Assembly: GCA_004431415.1 (NCBI GenBank)
Contig: QPMI01000207.1
Coordinates: 112,818 to 176,817, forward strand
Direction of reading: 5' to 3'
Length of the DNA stretch: 64,000 nucleotides
DNA from: Cyanophora paradoxa CCMP329
Lineage: Eukaryota; Plantae; Glaucophyta
This document shows, one piece after another, positions 25,546 through 38,661 of the stretch; position 1 is the stretch's first letter, and each line of letters begins with the position of its first letter. The position numbers and the translations under genes were made by a program. The notes below the pieces were generated by a model. It searched no databases. It was not told the DNA's origin and was given only the letters and a program-made list of their open reading frames with translations.

Positions 25546-25781
25546 CGACGAGCAGCGGGCTTGGCCGGTCGAATGTGCGGAAGCGCCGCGTGTCGCACGG
25601 GCGCGCTGCTGTCGAGGCGCCGCCGCGCGCTCGCTGGCGCTTCGCCGCCGCGCACTCGCTGGCGACTCGACTGCACTCAAGCTTTGACCAGACTACTCGC
25701 TAGAGATGGGCGTCGAAGACTCGCACCGCGCCTTTTTTCTGGCGGGTACGCTGTTCTTCGCGGGCTCTCTCGTCGGCCGCG

Positions 25782-28225
25782 ATGGATTTGCTGGACGCAG
25801 GCGGAGGCGCGCGCGATGCGTCAACTCTAGCAGATGCGGCGGACGCTTCCTCGAATCAGCCTGAGATTGTGGAAGTATTGAACAGCGCGTCGGAACCTGA
25901 CGCGAGCGAGCGATCGCTGCAGTGCGTTGCAGTTTCGCAGCAAGCGCTCTCTCCAGGCTCTCCTATCCTCGCTCCCGCACCCGAGCGGCGCCAGAGCGAG
26001 GAGCTCGAATCTCTTGCTTTCAATTTGCTCGGCGATTGGCGCCACGCGAGCCAAGCTGTCTCCTCTGATTCTTATTCCATTTCTAATGGAGATCCGCGGG
26101 CGGAAGGCCTTCCTCCGCTGTGTGCACTTGCCCCGGCCGATGTGCGTTTCTCGAGCCCTCCAAATTCCTTCCGGCCATTCCCCCCCGCCGATCGCACATG
26201 CAGGTGTCAAAATACAACCGGGAGCAGCTAAGAGCATACTGTCGCATGGCAGGTGCCGGTTTCTTCTCTTCTGTGCCTGTTTTCGATTGATCTGATCGCC
26301 CGGCCGCACACGCAGGAATCGCCGGCGGACGCACCAAGCCGGACCTGGAGGTTCGATTTGCTATCTCGCTCTGCTGTATGACTCCCTCTGAAATCCTCTA
26401 TGCCCGCAGCACAACCTTGTGCGCTTCGCCCTTTCGCGCTAGGCAGTTGCCCGGCGGTTTGTTGAGCGCGATCGCTCCTGCACATTGCGCGATCGCAGCG
26501 TAACTTCCTCCGGGCGCGAGCCAAGGCCGCCGCGAGCGGTAGGTCGCTGCAGGACGGGGGTGTCGCTCGGAAGGCCCCGCGCATCCACCCGCCGCCAGAG
26601 GCCCCGGCGGCCAGCGGCGCAGCCGCGCACCAGCCCCCTACACACCGCTCGAACCCGGCCTCCAGCTTTCTCAGCACCCACCCTGCAGGGCCCACCCGCA
26701 AGTCCGGGCCGAGCCCCGGCCGGGCCTTCCATCCCTACGGGGAGCAGCACAGGGCCTCGAGCGACCCGCCCATGCGCGTCAAGCAGGAGGCCACCCCGGA
26801 GTGGGGCTCGCCCCCGCCCTCCCAGCACCGCTTCTCGAACGCGCCTCCAGGCACGGGTAACGGCCCTCGTGCTCCGCGCGCAGAGCGGCGCGCTGAAGTG
26901 CCTGCAGCGGCGCCGCTGGAGCGATTCGTGTGCGCGTCGCCCTTGGCGGATAAGGGCCGAACATGGCCGTCGGCGCCCTCCTCGGTCGCGTCGAGCGCCC
27001 CATCGCCCGCCCCGCCGCCCTTCATCTTCGACGGGGTCTCCTCCGAGGCGGACGACCGGTGCGCGCCCTCACACTTCTCGCACTCCTGCCCCCGCGAAAA
27101 TCGAATCCCCCGCACTCCTGTCGCCTCCAATTATCGCCGCAGACACTACTTTGGCTTGCTGCTGACGCGTGTCCTGGTGACGGATGAGAAGGCCTCGTCC
27201 CAGCAGGTCCGCGCCTCGCCGCCGGCACCTAGGTGGCGCGGGACGTCATCTCATCTCTCACGATCGGCAGGCGGGCCTGAATCTCTGCGGGGGCGGCCCA
27301 TACCCGTCCGTCATGGGCGCACGAGCCGACCTCTACCGGTGCGAACTCCGCCTGCGGAGAAGGCCGCGGGGCGACGCGCGGGTGCGGGCGCAGGCTCTAC
27401 CGGCAGATTTCGCTGCGCGCGGGCTTCGAGCGCGTCATCGAGGCGGGATCCATGCTCGAGGTGGACCGCTTCCGGCGCGCGCCCCGCCGCCCTGGGCCCC
27501 GGCTCAGAGCGCGGGCCGGGGTGCAGGTGGCGCAGGAGTACGACGGGGGCCGGAGCGCGGCGAGCGCCCACGGCGTGCTCGCGATGGAGCTCGTGAACCT
27601 CTACCGGGTGGGTGCCGCGGGGCGCGCCCCTCCGCGCGCCCCTCGGCGCCCGCCGACGCCCCGTGCGCCCCCCGCAGACGTACCTCCTCCCCTTCGAGCG
27701 CCTCTACCTCCGCATGGGCCCCGCCCCCGGCGCCAAGGCCGGCAAGGCCCCCGCAGCGCCCGGTCCGGCCCCCTCCAGCCGCACCGCAGCGCCCCGGGCG
27801 CGCTCACCGCCGGCGGGCGCAGCGTGCCGGGAGCCGGAGGCCCTCCGCACCGCGCAGAAGGCCCCCGCCGCGGCCGCCGCTCCGGCGGCTCCGACGGCGG
27901 CGGCGCCCGAGGCGCCGGGCCGGCTGCGGGGCGGCGGGGAGCTGCCGGAGCCGGGCGAGCCGTACGAGTCGTGGGGAGCCTGAGCCGCAGCACGGGGGCC
28001 CCCTCGCCGGCCCCGTGGCCGGCCCCCGCCGACTCCCTCCCGCCCCACTCCTTCGCCGACGGCGACGGCGCGCAGCAGACGGCCGCGACCGACCCGAAGC
28101 GCCGCGCGGCCGCCGCCGGCTGGCAGTCCCCTGCCCTCGCCCCCGGCCCCGAGTGCGACTCCTCGTTCGGCGGCCAGTGGGGCTGGTCCCCGCAGCCGCC
28201 CGTCTCGGGGCCGGTCGACTTGTAG
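25782..28225 (+). CDS. ARID/BRIGHT DNA-binding protein with probable SAP-like motif (stop at 27983 or 28225)
   Basis: Spliced PYPSVMGARADLYRLYRQISLRAGFERV..EVAQEY..ELVNLYRTYLLPFE is an ARID pattern. VSKYNREQLRAYCRMAGIAGGRTKPDLE near 26203-26350 resembles SAP. Confidence 0.65.
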
Positions 28226-29378
28226 GCCTGGGGCGCGCGCGCGGCGCCCCTCCTTCCTCTGCCCTCCTTGCCGCCCCGCGGCCGTGCTCTTCCTCCTCCC
28301 ACCTCAATTCCGGCTTTTATCGGACTCGCGTTTGTCGCGTTGACGTTAGGATGTACAGCTAGCGCCAGTATCGGGCCGCGCTCTGGATCCGGCACAGCTT
28401 TCCGACGCTCCCTTTAGCTCGACTGTCAGCCTTGTACATGATCAAGACCATTGCCAGCGTTACGTACGTACGCAGACAGTCGCGGTTCTGTCAAAAATCC
28501 AGACGAATCATCATGTAGACGTCGACGTCGCGTGATATTGGCTGCTGCATGGCTGCCGCGAGCTCGCCGTCGGCAGCCAGCGCGGCCAGCAGGATCGTCG
28601 CCGCCTGCGAGTGCCCTGCCCATGCCCCGCCACCGCTCGCTCCCGCCCGGATCCCTTTCGTTTAAAAATTTGATTTGATTCAATTTCGCGCGCCGCGGCG
28701 CGCGGCGCCGGCGTCGCGCAAGCGATCCGCACGGATTGCGATGGCCCCAGCACCCCAGCTTCGATCCGACGCGGCGCGATTCGGCTCCACCTTACGCACC
28801 TCCGGGAGCGGGGGAGGCCCCCCGGTACCGGTCTCCCGGTCCGGGGCCCGTGGGAGTCACGGCCCCCTCGGGCAGCATTCCTCTCCCTTAGGGCCAGTCC
28901 GTGGCGGGAACGGGCGAGCCTCCGGGCACGGCCCGCACCTTTGATCTTTTGATCTTAAGCCCGTAGGGTATACGTAAGTAGACGTCGACCTAGGTTTCGA
29001 TCTCGAGCTTCGGCATTCGATTTCGATTTTCGACGTCGACGTCGCTTGCCTATCGATATCTGTCTGAGCCCTTACGATTCGACCGGCGGCCCACTGCTAG
29101 CCAAACCGTTGAACAGCTACTAGGGCTAGTCCAGATGTCGTTGGTCGTGTCTGAAATGCAGTATGAGCGCTAGCGCGAACGAAGTGAGCACTACGATCCT
29201 CTACCGGTACCCATCAGTCAGAGCCTTCTCAGCTTTGCATGCCTGGCCCGCGGCCGCTTCTTTTTCCCATCTCTAAGGCCACCTTCTTTCTGGCTCAGCC
29301 TAGCTAGCTGAAGCGTGGCCGGCTTCAGCCTGGCCAGCGAGCCTGACCAGCGAGCCTGGCCTGGCCGCTTCGTCAACG

Positions 29379-32300
29379 ATGGAGCACCGCATCGGGGCTT
29401 CATCGCTTTTTGCCGGAGGTCATCACGGTCTGCGACCCCCCGGTGGCCGCGAGATGTGGTATGCATATGCCCTCGATCAATCCTTCGATGTCAAGCTAAC
29501 CCAGCTATAAGGTGCCATGGTTGCCGGTCGACCGTCTTCCTCGTGACGAGCGTTACGCACTGCCCGCTCTGCAGGGGGAGTTTCATTGAGGAAGTGCTCC
29601 CGGGGACCGAGAGGGACGACAGTTTTGTGCGGCAGTTGCCCGCGCGGCACATGGGGACGATGGGGAGCAATCGGACCGCGGACGACGATGAAGAAGAAGA
29701 CGAGGAGGAGGAGGACGAGGCGCTGCGCCGGAACGAGCGCGACTTGTACAGGCGGGACCCGCGCGCATGGCGACCCCAGGCCCATCGCTTCGAGCTGCAG
29801 CGCCATGATCCAGCCCCCATGTCTCGCGGCCCCGCCACGTCCCTCGCGTCGCAGGTGCCTGCTGCGCTTCTTCTTGTTTGGACCTTTCCTCGTCTAACTC
29901 GAGTCCCCCCTTCTTCCCACAAAGAATATGGTCAATGGTAAGCCGGCTAAGGATCTTTTTCTTTCTTTCGCACCCCTGATCGGACTCTGCAGCGCTAGAG
30001 ATCTACCTCAATCTGGTCTCCTTCGTCCGCCGCGCGGGCCACATGGTTCCGGGTGCCTTCGGCGGCGGCTTCTTCGGCTTCATAGACGACGATACACCTG
30101 CGCAGCCAGCGCAGGATCCGGACGACCCCTATGACCACGAGGCAAGCTTGTGGCCACCCGCCCGCCGGCCTGTTCGCCCGCCTTTCCTGACGCGTGCGGC
30201 AGGTGGACAACCTCCTGACGCACCTCATGGAGAACGACGAGTCGAGCCGGAAGAAGGCGCCGACGCTGAAGAGCGTCGTGCAGTCGCTCGCGAAGGTGAG
30301 GATCAACGAGGGCCATATGCGGGCGGAGAGCAAGTGCAGTGTGTGCCGCGAAGACTGGAGCCTTGGCGACGAGGCCAAGGAGCTCCCCTGTCGCCACGTC
30401 TTCCACGATGAATGCATCATCCCCTGTCCGCCCCGCCCCCGCCCCGCCCTCGCCCTCCGGTCCCCCGGCGGCGCCGCCGACCCGGACGCGCGCGCTGCAG
30501 GGCTGGAGCAGCATAACACGTGCCCGCTGTGCCGGCACGAGCTGCCCGTGGACGAGGCGCAGGCAGAGGCGCTGAGGCGGCAGGCCGCGCTCCAGCCGGC
30601 GCCCTCCCCCGCTGGCGCCCTCCTCGCCCTCGCCCTCGGCGCGCGGCAGACGGGGCGGCCCCCGACCCTTGGCCGCCGCCTCTTCCAGTTCAACGGCGCC
30701 GGAGCCGGCGCGGGAGCGGGGCTGGCCGAGCCGGCCGCGGTGCAGGCCCCGAGGCGGGACCGCGACGAAGCGGAGGTCGGAGCGCAGAGCAGTGCGTTGC
30801 CCGCCTGCGCGCCCCGCCGGCTGGCGCGCCTGACGAGCGGCCGCCGCGCAGCGCTGGAGCGGATCCAGAACACGCTGAGCAGCCTGCGGGAGAGCCGGGC
30901 GGCGATCCAGCGGCAGCAGGAGGCGCGGCAGCGGCGGCACGACGAGGCGCTGGCGCGGCTGCGGGCCTCGGACCCCGTCTCGGGGGCGCGGCGGGCCCCG
31001 CTGGCGGCCCTCGAGGGCGGGGACGGCTCCGACGAGAGCTCCGACTCGGACGGCGGCGGCCGCTTCGACGTGCCCCGCGCCTCCGCCGTCGGCAGCAGCT
31101 TCCGCCACGCCCGCGCCGCCGCCCGCTCCGGCGCCGACTCGCCTCCGCCCCTCGAGAGCGTCCGCGGCAGCGGGGCCCGCGCCGCCGCCGCCCTCTCCTC
31201 CTCCTTCACCTCGTCTTCGCCCTCCGCCGCCGCCGCCGCGCGCCCCGCCTCCCGCGGCTCCTGCGGCGCACGCTGCCCCCTGCCGAGTCGTCCCCCGCCG
31301 TCCTCTCATCGGCCTCGGCCGCCTCCGCGTCGCTCTCCGGGGCGGCGACCGCCGTCGCCCCGCGCCGCCTCTTCGGCACCTCCGCCTCCGCCTCCGCCGC
31401 CTCGACCGTGCCGAGCCCCGCCACGCAGCCTGCGGCGGTGCGGCGGCCGCCCTCTGCGGCCCCGCCCGCCCCGCCGCAGGGCTCCGCCCCCAGCTCGAGC
31501 GCGGCGGGGGCGGGGGCGGAACGGGCGACGTTCAGCGGCTCGCAGGGGGAGTTCCGGCCCTCCTCCTTCCGCGTCCAGCTCTTCGACGGGCGCGACCGCT
31601 CCCCGCCCGCCTCCCCGCGCGCCCCAGCCCCAGCACTCCCTTCCTCCTCCTCGGCCGGCCGCCCGCCCTCCGCCTCGGCAGCTCGCCCTTACTCGCCTCC
31701 CGAGCCCGCCTCGGCGAGCTTCGTCCGCCGCTCTGTCGCGCCGCCGGCGGCGGCACCGGCGGCGCCTCAGGCGGGCCCCTCGTCCGCGGCGTCGGCGTCA
31801 GAGGCGGGAGCGGCGGGGACGGCGCCGAAGCGCGGCTCGTCGGCGGCTGCCTCGGGGCCCGCGGACGCCTCTGCCCCGTCGGCGGCGCCGGCGCCGGCCT
31901 CCTCCTCCCGCCCGGCGCCCCCGGCACGCCCAGCGGCTCGCGGGCGACCAACGCGTCGGGAGGCGGCGGCGGCGGCTCGAGCCTGCTCGCCACTCTTATG
32001 CGGCGCCCCTCGGCAGGCCCCACCCGGGCGAGCCGCTCCGCCAGCGTCAGCAGCGCCGGCCCGTCGGCGGCCAGCGCCGCTCCCGCGGGCGCCGTCGCCT
32101 CCTCCTCCTCGCCTGCCGCTGCCGCCGCCGGCCCGTCCCCGACCAACCTCGCCTCCTCGATCTCATCTTTCTCGTCCCGTGGCGTCGCCACCTTCGGGCG
32201 CACGCGCTCCAGCGGGGTCGTGGCGCCCTCTCCCGTGCCCTCGGCCCTGCCCCGCCGCGGCCTCGTCGGCCCCCGGCAGCGCCGTCGTGCGCGCTGCTCC

Positions 32301-32478
32301 GCCGCCGGCCGCCTCGTCGTCGGCGGTGAACGCCTCGGGGAGCGGCCCCGCGGGCGCCTCGCCAGCCTCTTCTCCTCCTCGTCCCGCAACAAGCCGCCCG
32401 GCGCCACCGCCGCCGGCAGCAGCAGCGGCGGGGGAGCGGCACCCCGCCCCGGCCGCCGCTGCCGGGCGGCGCTCTTAG
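29379..32478 (+). CDS. RING-H2 E3 ubiquitin ligase, RNF115/RNF126-like, with long Ser/Ala-rich C-terminus
   Basis: N-terminal zinc ribbon MWCHGC..HCPLCRGSFIEE; VDNLLTHLMEND..APT; RING-H2 [40 protein letters not shown]. The C-terminal frame is disturbed by homopolymer indels. Confidence 0.85.
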
Positions 32479-32633
32479 TAGCTTCTGCAGGGGCGTCCTG
32501 GAGGGGCGTCCTTCCGGGGACGGGGCCCCAAGCCCCCGCGTCCCCGCCTAGTCTTCCTGCGCGGCCTTGGCGCGCGCTGGCTGTGTTTTAATATGTGACA
32601 CTATGCAGGCCTGCGCCTCTGATGAGGCTGGGG

Positions 32634-34636
32634 CTAGATGGCGCGGTAGTCGGCGAGGATCTGCTCGGCGCGGGCGAAGGCCTCGTCGAAGAAGGCGGCG
32701 TCGCAGCCGTGCCGCGCGTACTGGTGCAGGTACGCCCGCGCCGCCCGCATCGCCGCCCCCCGCTCCAGCAGCGCCTCCAGCGGGCCCGCGATCGTCCCCG
32801 AGTTCCTGGCCGGCAGTCGGCGAGGAGAGGGAGGGGGGCGGGCGGGGGAGGGGCGGGCACGTGAGGGCGGTGGCGCTCATCTCGTACTGGTGGACGGGCT
32901 CCGGGTGCCGCGCGACCGCCAGCGGGTCCGGCACCCAGCCGGGGTACAGCGCCGGGTGCGCGAAGCCGCTCGCGTCGGCCGCTGGCGGGCCGCCGGCTCA
33001 GGCAGCGGCGGCGGGGCAGGGCGGGGTGGGGCGGCGCACTGTGGACGTCCTTGCCGCGGAGGAAGAGCATGGTGGCGAGGGAGCGGTGGATGCGGTGGTC
33101 GGGCGGGCGGCCGGCTGCCGGGCGCGGTCGGGGGCGGAGGGGAGGGGGCGAGGGGGCAGGGGCCGCGGGGCGCACGCTCGGGGAGGTGGACGCCGAAGGG
33201 GACGTTGAGGTCGAACTTGGCGTCCGTCACCAGCATCTGCAGCGCGTGCTGCGCCGCCCCTCGCCCTCCGCCGCCCGCCGCCCGCCCCGCGGCTCAAGGG
33301 CGGGGCACCTTGAGGAGGGCGGGCCACTGGAAGACGGTGAAGGGGACGGAGGCGCGCGGCATCTGCCGGCGCCGGCAGCGTCACGAGCGCGCTCGGAGGG
33401 GGGGCGCGGCAGCCGCGGCGCGCCTGGGGGGTCGTCTTGATCGTGAGGAGCTTGTAGGATGGGTGCGAGCAGAGGTGGCGGAGCGGGTCGAGCAGCACGT
33501 TGGTCGGGCGGCCGAGGGCGGCACGCGAGGCGGAGGCGGAGGCGGGGCGGCCCGGGCGCGCGGAGGGGGCGGGGGCGCAGGGTGCCGGGGACGGGGAGAG
33601 GCGGGAGGGGAGGAGGACGGCGGCGAGGGAGGAGGCGATGACGCGGTTGAGGTCGGGGAAGTTGGGGCGCGCCACGTTCAGCAGCCGCGTGCACACGGCG
33701 CTCGCCACCTCGTTCGCCTCCACGACAACCCCGTCCGAGTGCTGCGCCCCGGCCCCCGTCAGCGCTTCGACGCGGCCGTCGGCCGTACGCGTGCGGCCCG
33801 GCGGGACTCGCCTCGCAGAGGTGCGCGAGGGTCAGCAGCGCGTTGTAGTTCTGGACGACGACCTCGCCCGTTCGGTACGGCCAAACCACCTGCGCTCGCG
33901 CTCGTCCTGCGGCGCAACCTTCCGAGCGAACGCGCGCACCTGGTTCATGAGCAGCGCGTTGGGAAACTCGTCCCGCACCATCTCAGTGACGAATGCCCCT
34001 GGCGCTGGGTCGGCGGCGAGCGCAGCGGACGCGGCGCTGCCTGCGAACCAACGCCGGAGCCGGTGCCGCCTGCGAGCGACTGCAGGAAGAGGAAGCCGCC
34101 AAACCAGTCGCAGGACTCGACCTCCCGCCGAATCAAATCGGAGACCGATTCCTGCGACGCCGGGCCGTGCGTCCTGTACCTGCAGCCCAGCATGAGCGGT
34201 TGAGACGAAGTCGGACGCGCTCATTATCGACACACCCGTACGCCCAGTTGTTGCCGGAGCCGCTCTGCTTCGTGAAGTGCCGGTCGTCGGCGTACCGCCA
34301 GCGCCCGCCCCTGGTAGCATGCTGCCGAGCCTGCGTGCGAAGGTCTCGTCCCTCATCGGCAAGCCGCCGCCGAGCGCACGGACCTGGCCGACGACACGCG
34401 GCTCCATGTCGACCAGCACGCCGCGCGCAATCGGTGCGCCTACGAGGCGCTTGCCATTGGTACGAGTTTTGAAGCGCAAGCGAGCGGAAGCCGGCCGCAC
34501 CGGCGTCCGCATGGCGGAAGAAGACTTCTTCCTCGGCAGCGCTGTGCGGCCGCAGCAAGTGCGCTGCGAGCGTCTCGAAGAGATGGCAGCCGAGCTGGTT
34601 GCCGTACTGGCCCAGCTGGACCGTCACGACCGACAT
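32634..34636 (-). CDS. TUBD1: Delta-tubulin (copy 1)
   Basis: [113 protein letters not shown]. Confidence 0.93.
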
Positions 34637-34861
34637 CGATATCGCTGTGCTGGAGACCGCGCGCGAGTGCCCGGCAAATTCGATCCGCTTTGGGGGTACC
34701 TGCTTCATTGTTGCGCCGCCGGCGCGCGCTCGGTTACTGCTTCTAGCTCTTGCATGGCCCGCGGCTAGTATGCCCGTGTTATCGATGCGCACGCTCGGTG
34801 CATAGTTCCAGTAATGTCATTTCAAGTTTTCTTTGTCGACTTAGCAACAAAAAGAAGCGCG

Positions 34862-36916
34862 CTAATCGTCCTCCTTGCCGTAATTGCTGTCGTCCCTCAA
34901 GAGCTTGTCGATCTCGTCGTCCTGCGAAGGTGCGCCTCAGAGCTGCGCGGCGGCGAGAAACTGCCCCTACGCACGATCCTCTTGGCGACGTCCTTCGGCT
35001 TCGAGGCGGCGCCGCCGTTGCCGTTCCCGCTCCCGTTGCCGTTGGCGATGGGCTTCAGAGGCGACACGGGGTCCGCCGAGGGGTTCACGACCTGCCCCGA
35101 AGCGCTCGGCGCCGCGGCGGGGGGAGAGGGCGGGGGAAAGGGGGCGCGCGGGGCGCACGCCGCCCTGCTTGAGGATGTCCTGCACGCTCGAGTTGACGGT
35201 CATGCTGCGGGGCGGGGCGTGAGGGGAGGGGCGGCGCCGGGGCGCGGGGCAGGGAGGGCACCGGGTCTGGCGGACGAGGTCGTCGAGCTCGCCCTCGCTG
35301 AAGAGGTCGGAGAGCTTCACGTCGGGGGCGATCACCCGCAGCTCCCGCTCGATGTAGTCTGCCCCACCTCAGGCCCCGCAGCGCGGAGCACGGGCGGGCC
35401 CTGCCGGGATTCGAACCCGTGACCTCGAACTCGTCCAGCGCGTCGAGCTCGTACGTGGAAGGGTCCCCCGTGACCTGCGCGGCGGGGGGGAGGTCAGGAG
35501 GGGGGGGGGGGGGGGGGGGGGGGGGGCGGGCAGGAGGGGCGGGGGCGGGGCGCCTCGAGGAGGCGCGCGGGCTCCGGGGCGCCGGGGAAGCAGGCGGCGA
35601 GGACGCGCCCCAGCGCCGCCGCGTCCGTCCCGCTCACGCCCTCCCCGATTGTAGCGAAGTACGCCTGCGCTGAAGTGAGCGGCGCGGTGCCGCGTGGGAG
35701 GCTTGCAGCGCGCCTGGATGCTGTCCCTCGCATACCGGCAGGCCTCCGCGTCGTCAACAGTGGGCGCGGCGCCGCGAGGGCCCGCCGGTGTGACTGCGGA
35801 GGGGCGCTCGGGGCTTCTCCCCCTCGGGCGCGGGGGGCGGGGGGAGGCGGACGGACCGAGGCGGGAGGGGCGCGGGGGCGTGGCGGGGGCCGGGGGCAGC
35901 GGCTCCTCCTCCTCGAGGTCGAAGTCGTCGCCCTCCGAGTCCAGCAGCCGCTCGACCGCCGCCGCCTCCTCCGCCTCCGCCCTCCCCGCCGCCTCCCGCT
36001 CCGCCTGCCGCTGTCCCTGCCGCGCCAGCCCCTCCTTCCAGAGCTTCACGCCGGCGCCCCACTCCACGACCGCCTGCCCCGGGGCGTCAAGAGGCGCCGG
36101 CGCTCGGGCGGGGGCGCCGGGCCGGGCCTCGAGGTCGGACGGGGTGAGGGCGGCGTAGCCGGAGCGGGCGGCCCAGGCGGAGAAGAGGAGGGCGTTGGGG
36201 TCGACGGCGCCGGAGTGGCGCAGCTGGACCTTGATGAGCTCCTTCCCCACCGCCTCGTACGTCTCCACCGCGTACTCCCAGAACTCGATCGGATCCACTG
36301 CGCAGCCGCTCGCGCTCCAAAGCGGCCCAGCGGCGCGGCGCGATGACTCACCGCCGGTGGGACCCGCGGGGACGGGCGGCGCCGCGGCGGTCTCCTCCTG
36401 CGCCTCGGCCGCCGCTCGGCGCCGCTTCTTGCCCCCGGGGTTCTTGATGTTGTCATACACGACGACGGCGATGGCGAGGGCGATCAGGAAGATGGTCGAG
36501 GAGTCCACGCCGCCGCCGCTCGCGCCCGCCGCTGCCGCCGCGCCGGCTGCCTGGTCCAGCGCGGCCCGGGCAGGGAGGGGGGACGACAGCTTCCACTCGA
36601 ACCGCGCGGTGCGGGGACTGCATGTGAACTTGCGCTGCACGAAGGCGCTGCGGAGACTGCGCGAAAGCGGGAAGTCAGCCGTACTGCGCGCACGCGCCGC
36701 GGCCGAGGCGCCGGACAGCTCTCGATGCGCGTGCTTGATGTGTTCATCCTCCGAGAGCCGCCGATCCGGCTGTTTCATTCGCATTGAAAGGCTCGCGCAC
36801 CTCGGCTTTGGCGCAGAAGCGCGCGGCGCCGCCGTCAGGCTCAGCGCAGCATGTGGAGCAGCCGAGCCGCTCGCGACAGGCCGCACAAGGGCCGGGCAGA
36901 GGACGAACGAGGCCAT
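34862..36916 (-). CDS. Probable plastid-targeted membrane protein with TIGR02444/DUF2390-like domain (copy 1)
   Basis: MASFVLCPALVRPVAS... Ser/Ala/Arg-rich transit-peptide-like leader; TM STIFLIALAIAVVVY; FWEYAVETYEAVGKELIKVQLRHSGAVDPNALLFSAWAARSG resembles TIGR02444. Acidic C-terminus ...DDEIDKLLRDDSNYGKEDD*. Confidence 0.6.
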
Positions 36917-37411
36917 TGGGTACAGACTAGATGGAACCGTGGTTCGTGGGTAGAGGGGCATACTCGAGGGCCAGTGTGCAACTCCAACTTCTCGTAAGAA
37001 TCGTGTGATCTGAACAAGAATCAATTGAGGACCGCTCGAGAGTCTGCAGTTGCAGAGGGGAAAATTCCGGAAACTTCTCCCCCTTCAGTTGGCGGGGTAC
37101 ATTCATCAAGTCGAAGTTCGCGAACAGGAGCGCAGGATCAGCACAGCTTGCGCCAGCGCACACAGGTCGACGCCGCTCGTCTCAGCTCATCCCCTGTGAT
37201 GGTGTGCACTCCCTCACTCGTGAACCGCCCTTTCTAGAATGAATAATCGCGCGCGCGCTCTCCGGGCGACCTAGGACGACTTTAGGCGTGCAACTTCGCG
37301 AAGCATTGTTATTACATACCATGCCGTGCAGCCTGCGCGGGTTGAGCGCGCCACCGCCGCCCCCTCCGCGCAATCTCTGCGCGCCAACTTGCTGACCCTC
37401 GCAACGTGCAG

Positions 37412-38152
37412 AGCAAGAGCTTCTCCGTCAAAGGAAGACTTTTTCGCCCGAACTTGACTGGACTCTCGATTGATACGTCTGATTAAGTGAGGCCCACTCT
37501 CGCGCTTCTCCAATATTCGCTTTGGCACATTACTAGAAGTCACTCTGGTGTCATTACCGCGGCCCACGTGTCCTAGGGATCGAACCGACGGAAGGCTGAT
37601 CTCGCCCGCCTGTGCAGGTACTGCGCCTTCAGAATGCTCAACTCTGGAACTGCTATCTCGTCCATCGTTCCCCCCGCTTGTGTCGTTTCGAGTCCGAAGG
37701 CATTGCCTGTGAAGGCGAAAGTTCTGGGCGAGCTCGGCGCTGCCGCAATGTCCGCTGACGTTGGTCGGTTCACACGGGTGTGGAAGGGTTTCGTTTGTTG
37801 TTTAGTCGCGCCTCATTCTCTTATCCCTCTCTTCTTGCAGGCGGCGGAAGAGGCGATCAAGTGCGGGTTTGTGGCTGAAACCGTGGCTGCTCGCAACCTT
37901 TTCGAAATCGAGCTGGAGAAAGCTGCAGCCCGCGCTCAGATCCGCCACGCTCTCGAGGTCCGCGCGATCGCGATCTTGGACATTCGACGCCCGCTGATCG
38001 CTTGGGCTGCGCAGTGTGGGGATTGGGCCATGCTCTCGGAGGCCTGCGATGCTCTTGAGGAGATGCAGTGCTTTGAGGAGGCGAAGGCCGCACGCGATTC
38101 TGTCCAGGCTACGCTCAAGCACCTTGCGGACGTCCGGGCAAAGCTCCTCTGA
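37412..38152 (+). CDS. Small hypothetical protein or gene fragment (copy 1; 5' end unknown)
   Basis: Exon-like segments flanked by AG/GT: VLRLQNAQLWNCYL, AAEEAIKCGFVAETVAARNLFEIELEK, CGDWAMLSEACDALEEM..VRAKLL*. Confidence 0.35.
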
Positions 38153-38661
38153 ACGGGCCCCGTCCAGCCCTTTTTTTATGGAACTAGAGCGATACGCTGC
38201 CAGAATTCTTAAGCTTGCATAACATCTTCGCTAATTCCTTTCGAGATTTCACGTGAGCTGCCTGTGTACATAAATCCAATTTGTTCCGCCTTTTCTCTCT
38301 GATAAGTATGTGCCGTGGGTTAAAGTGAGTGATTCGCACTGGGAGCGTTGTCTACGTTTAAATATCCGGCGTGACATTCCAGCGTGCAGGGGCGGCCTTG
38401 CTAATGGGCCGCGCTGGGCACTGCGGCATTGTCGGGCATGGGCATGCGCAGCTCGCGATCGCGTCCTGTCGCGGGGATCGGATGCTATAGGGCGCCAGCT
38501 GCAGCGCCTAGCTATAGATCTCATATGTACATGTGGACCGCGCGCGCGGCCGCGGGCACCGGGGGCCCGAGCTCCAGCGGCTGGAGAGGCCTAGGGAGCG
38601 TTGGGAGACCCGGTAGCCAAGTCGACTCCTGATTCACGGGGCCCGGGGCCGGATTGGGGGA

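Noticed and set aside
35395-35430. GGTTCGAATCCC tRNA T-loop-like motif on the minus strand (also ~46470-46505)
   Set aside because: No matching acceptor stem, D-arm or anticodon arm. It lies in a coding exon (EFEVTGSNP).
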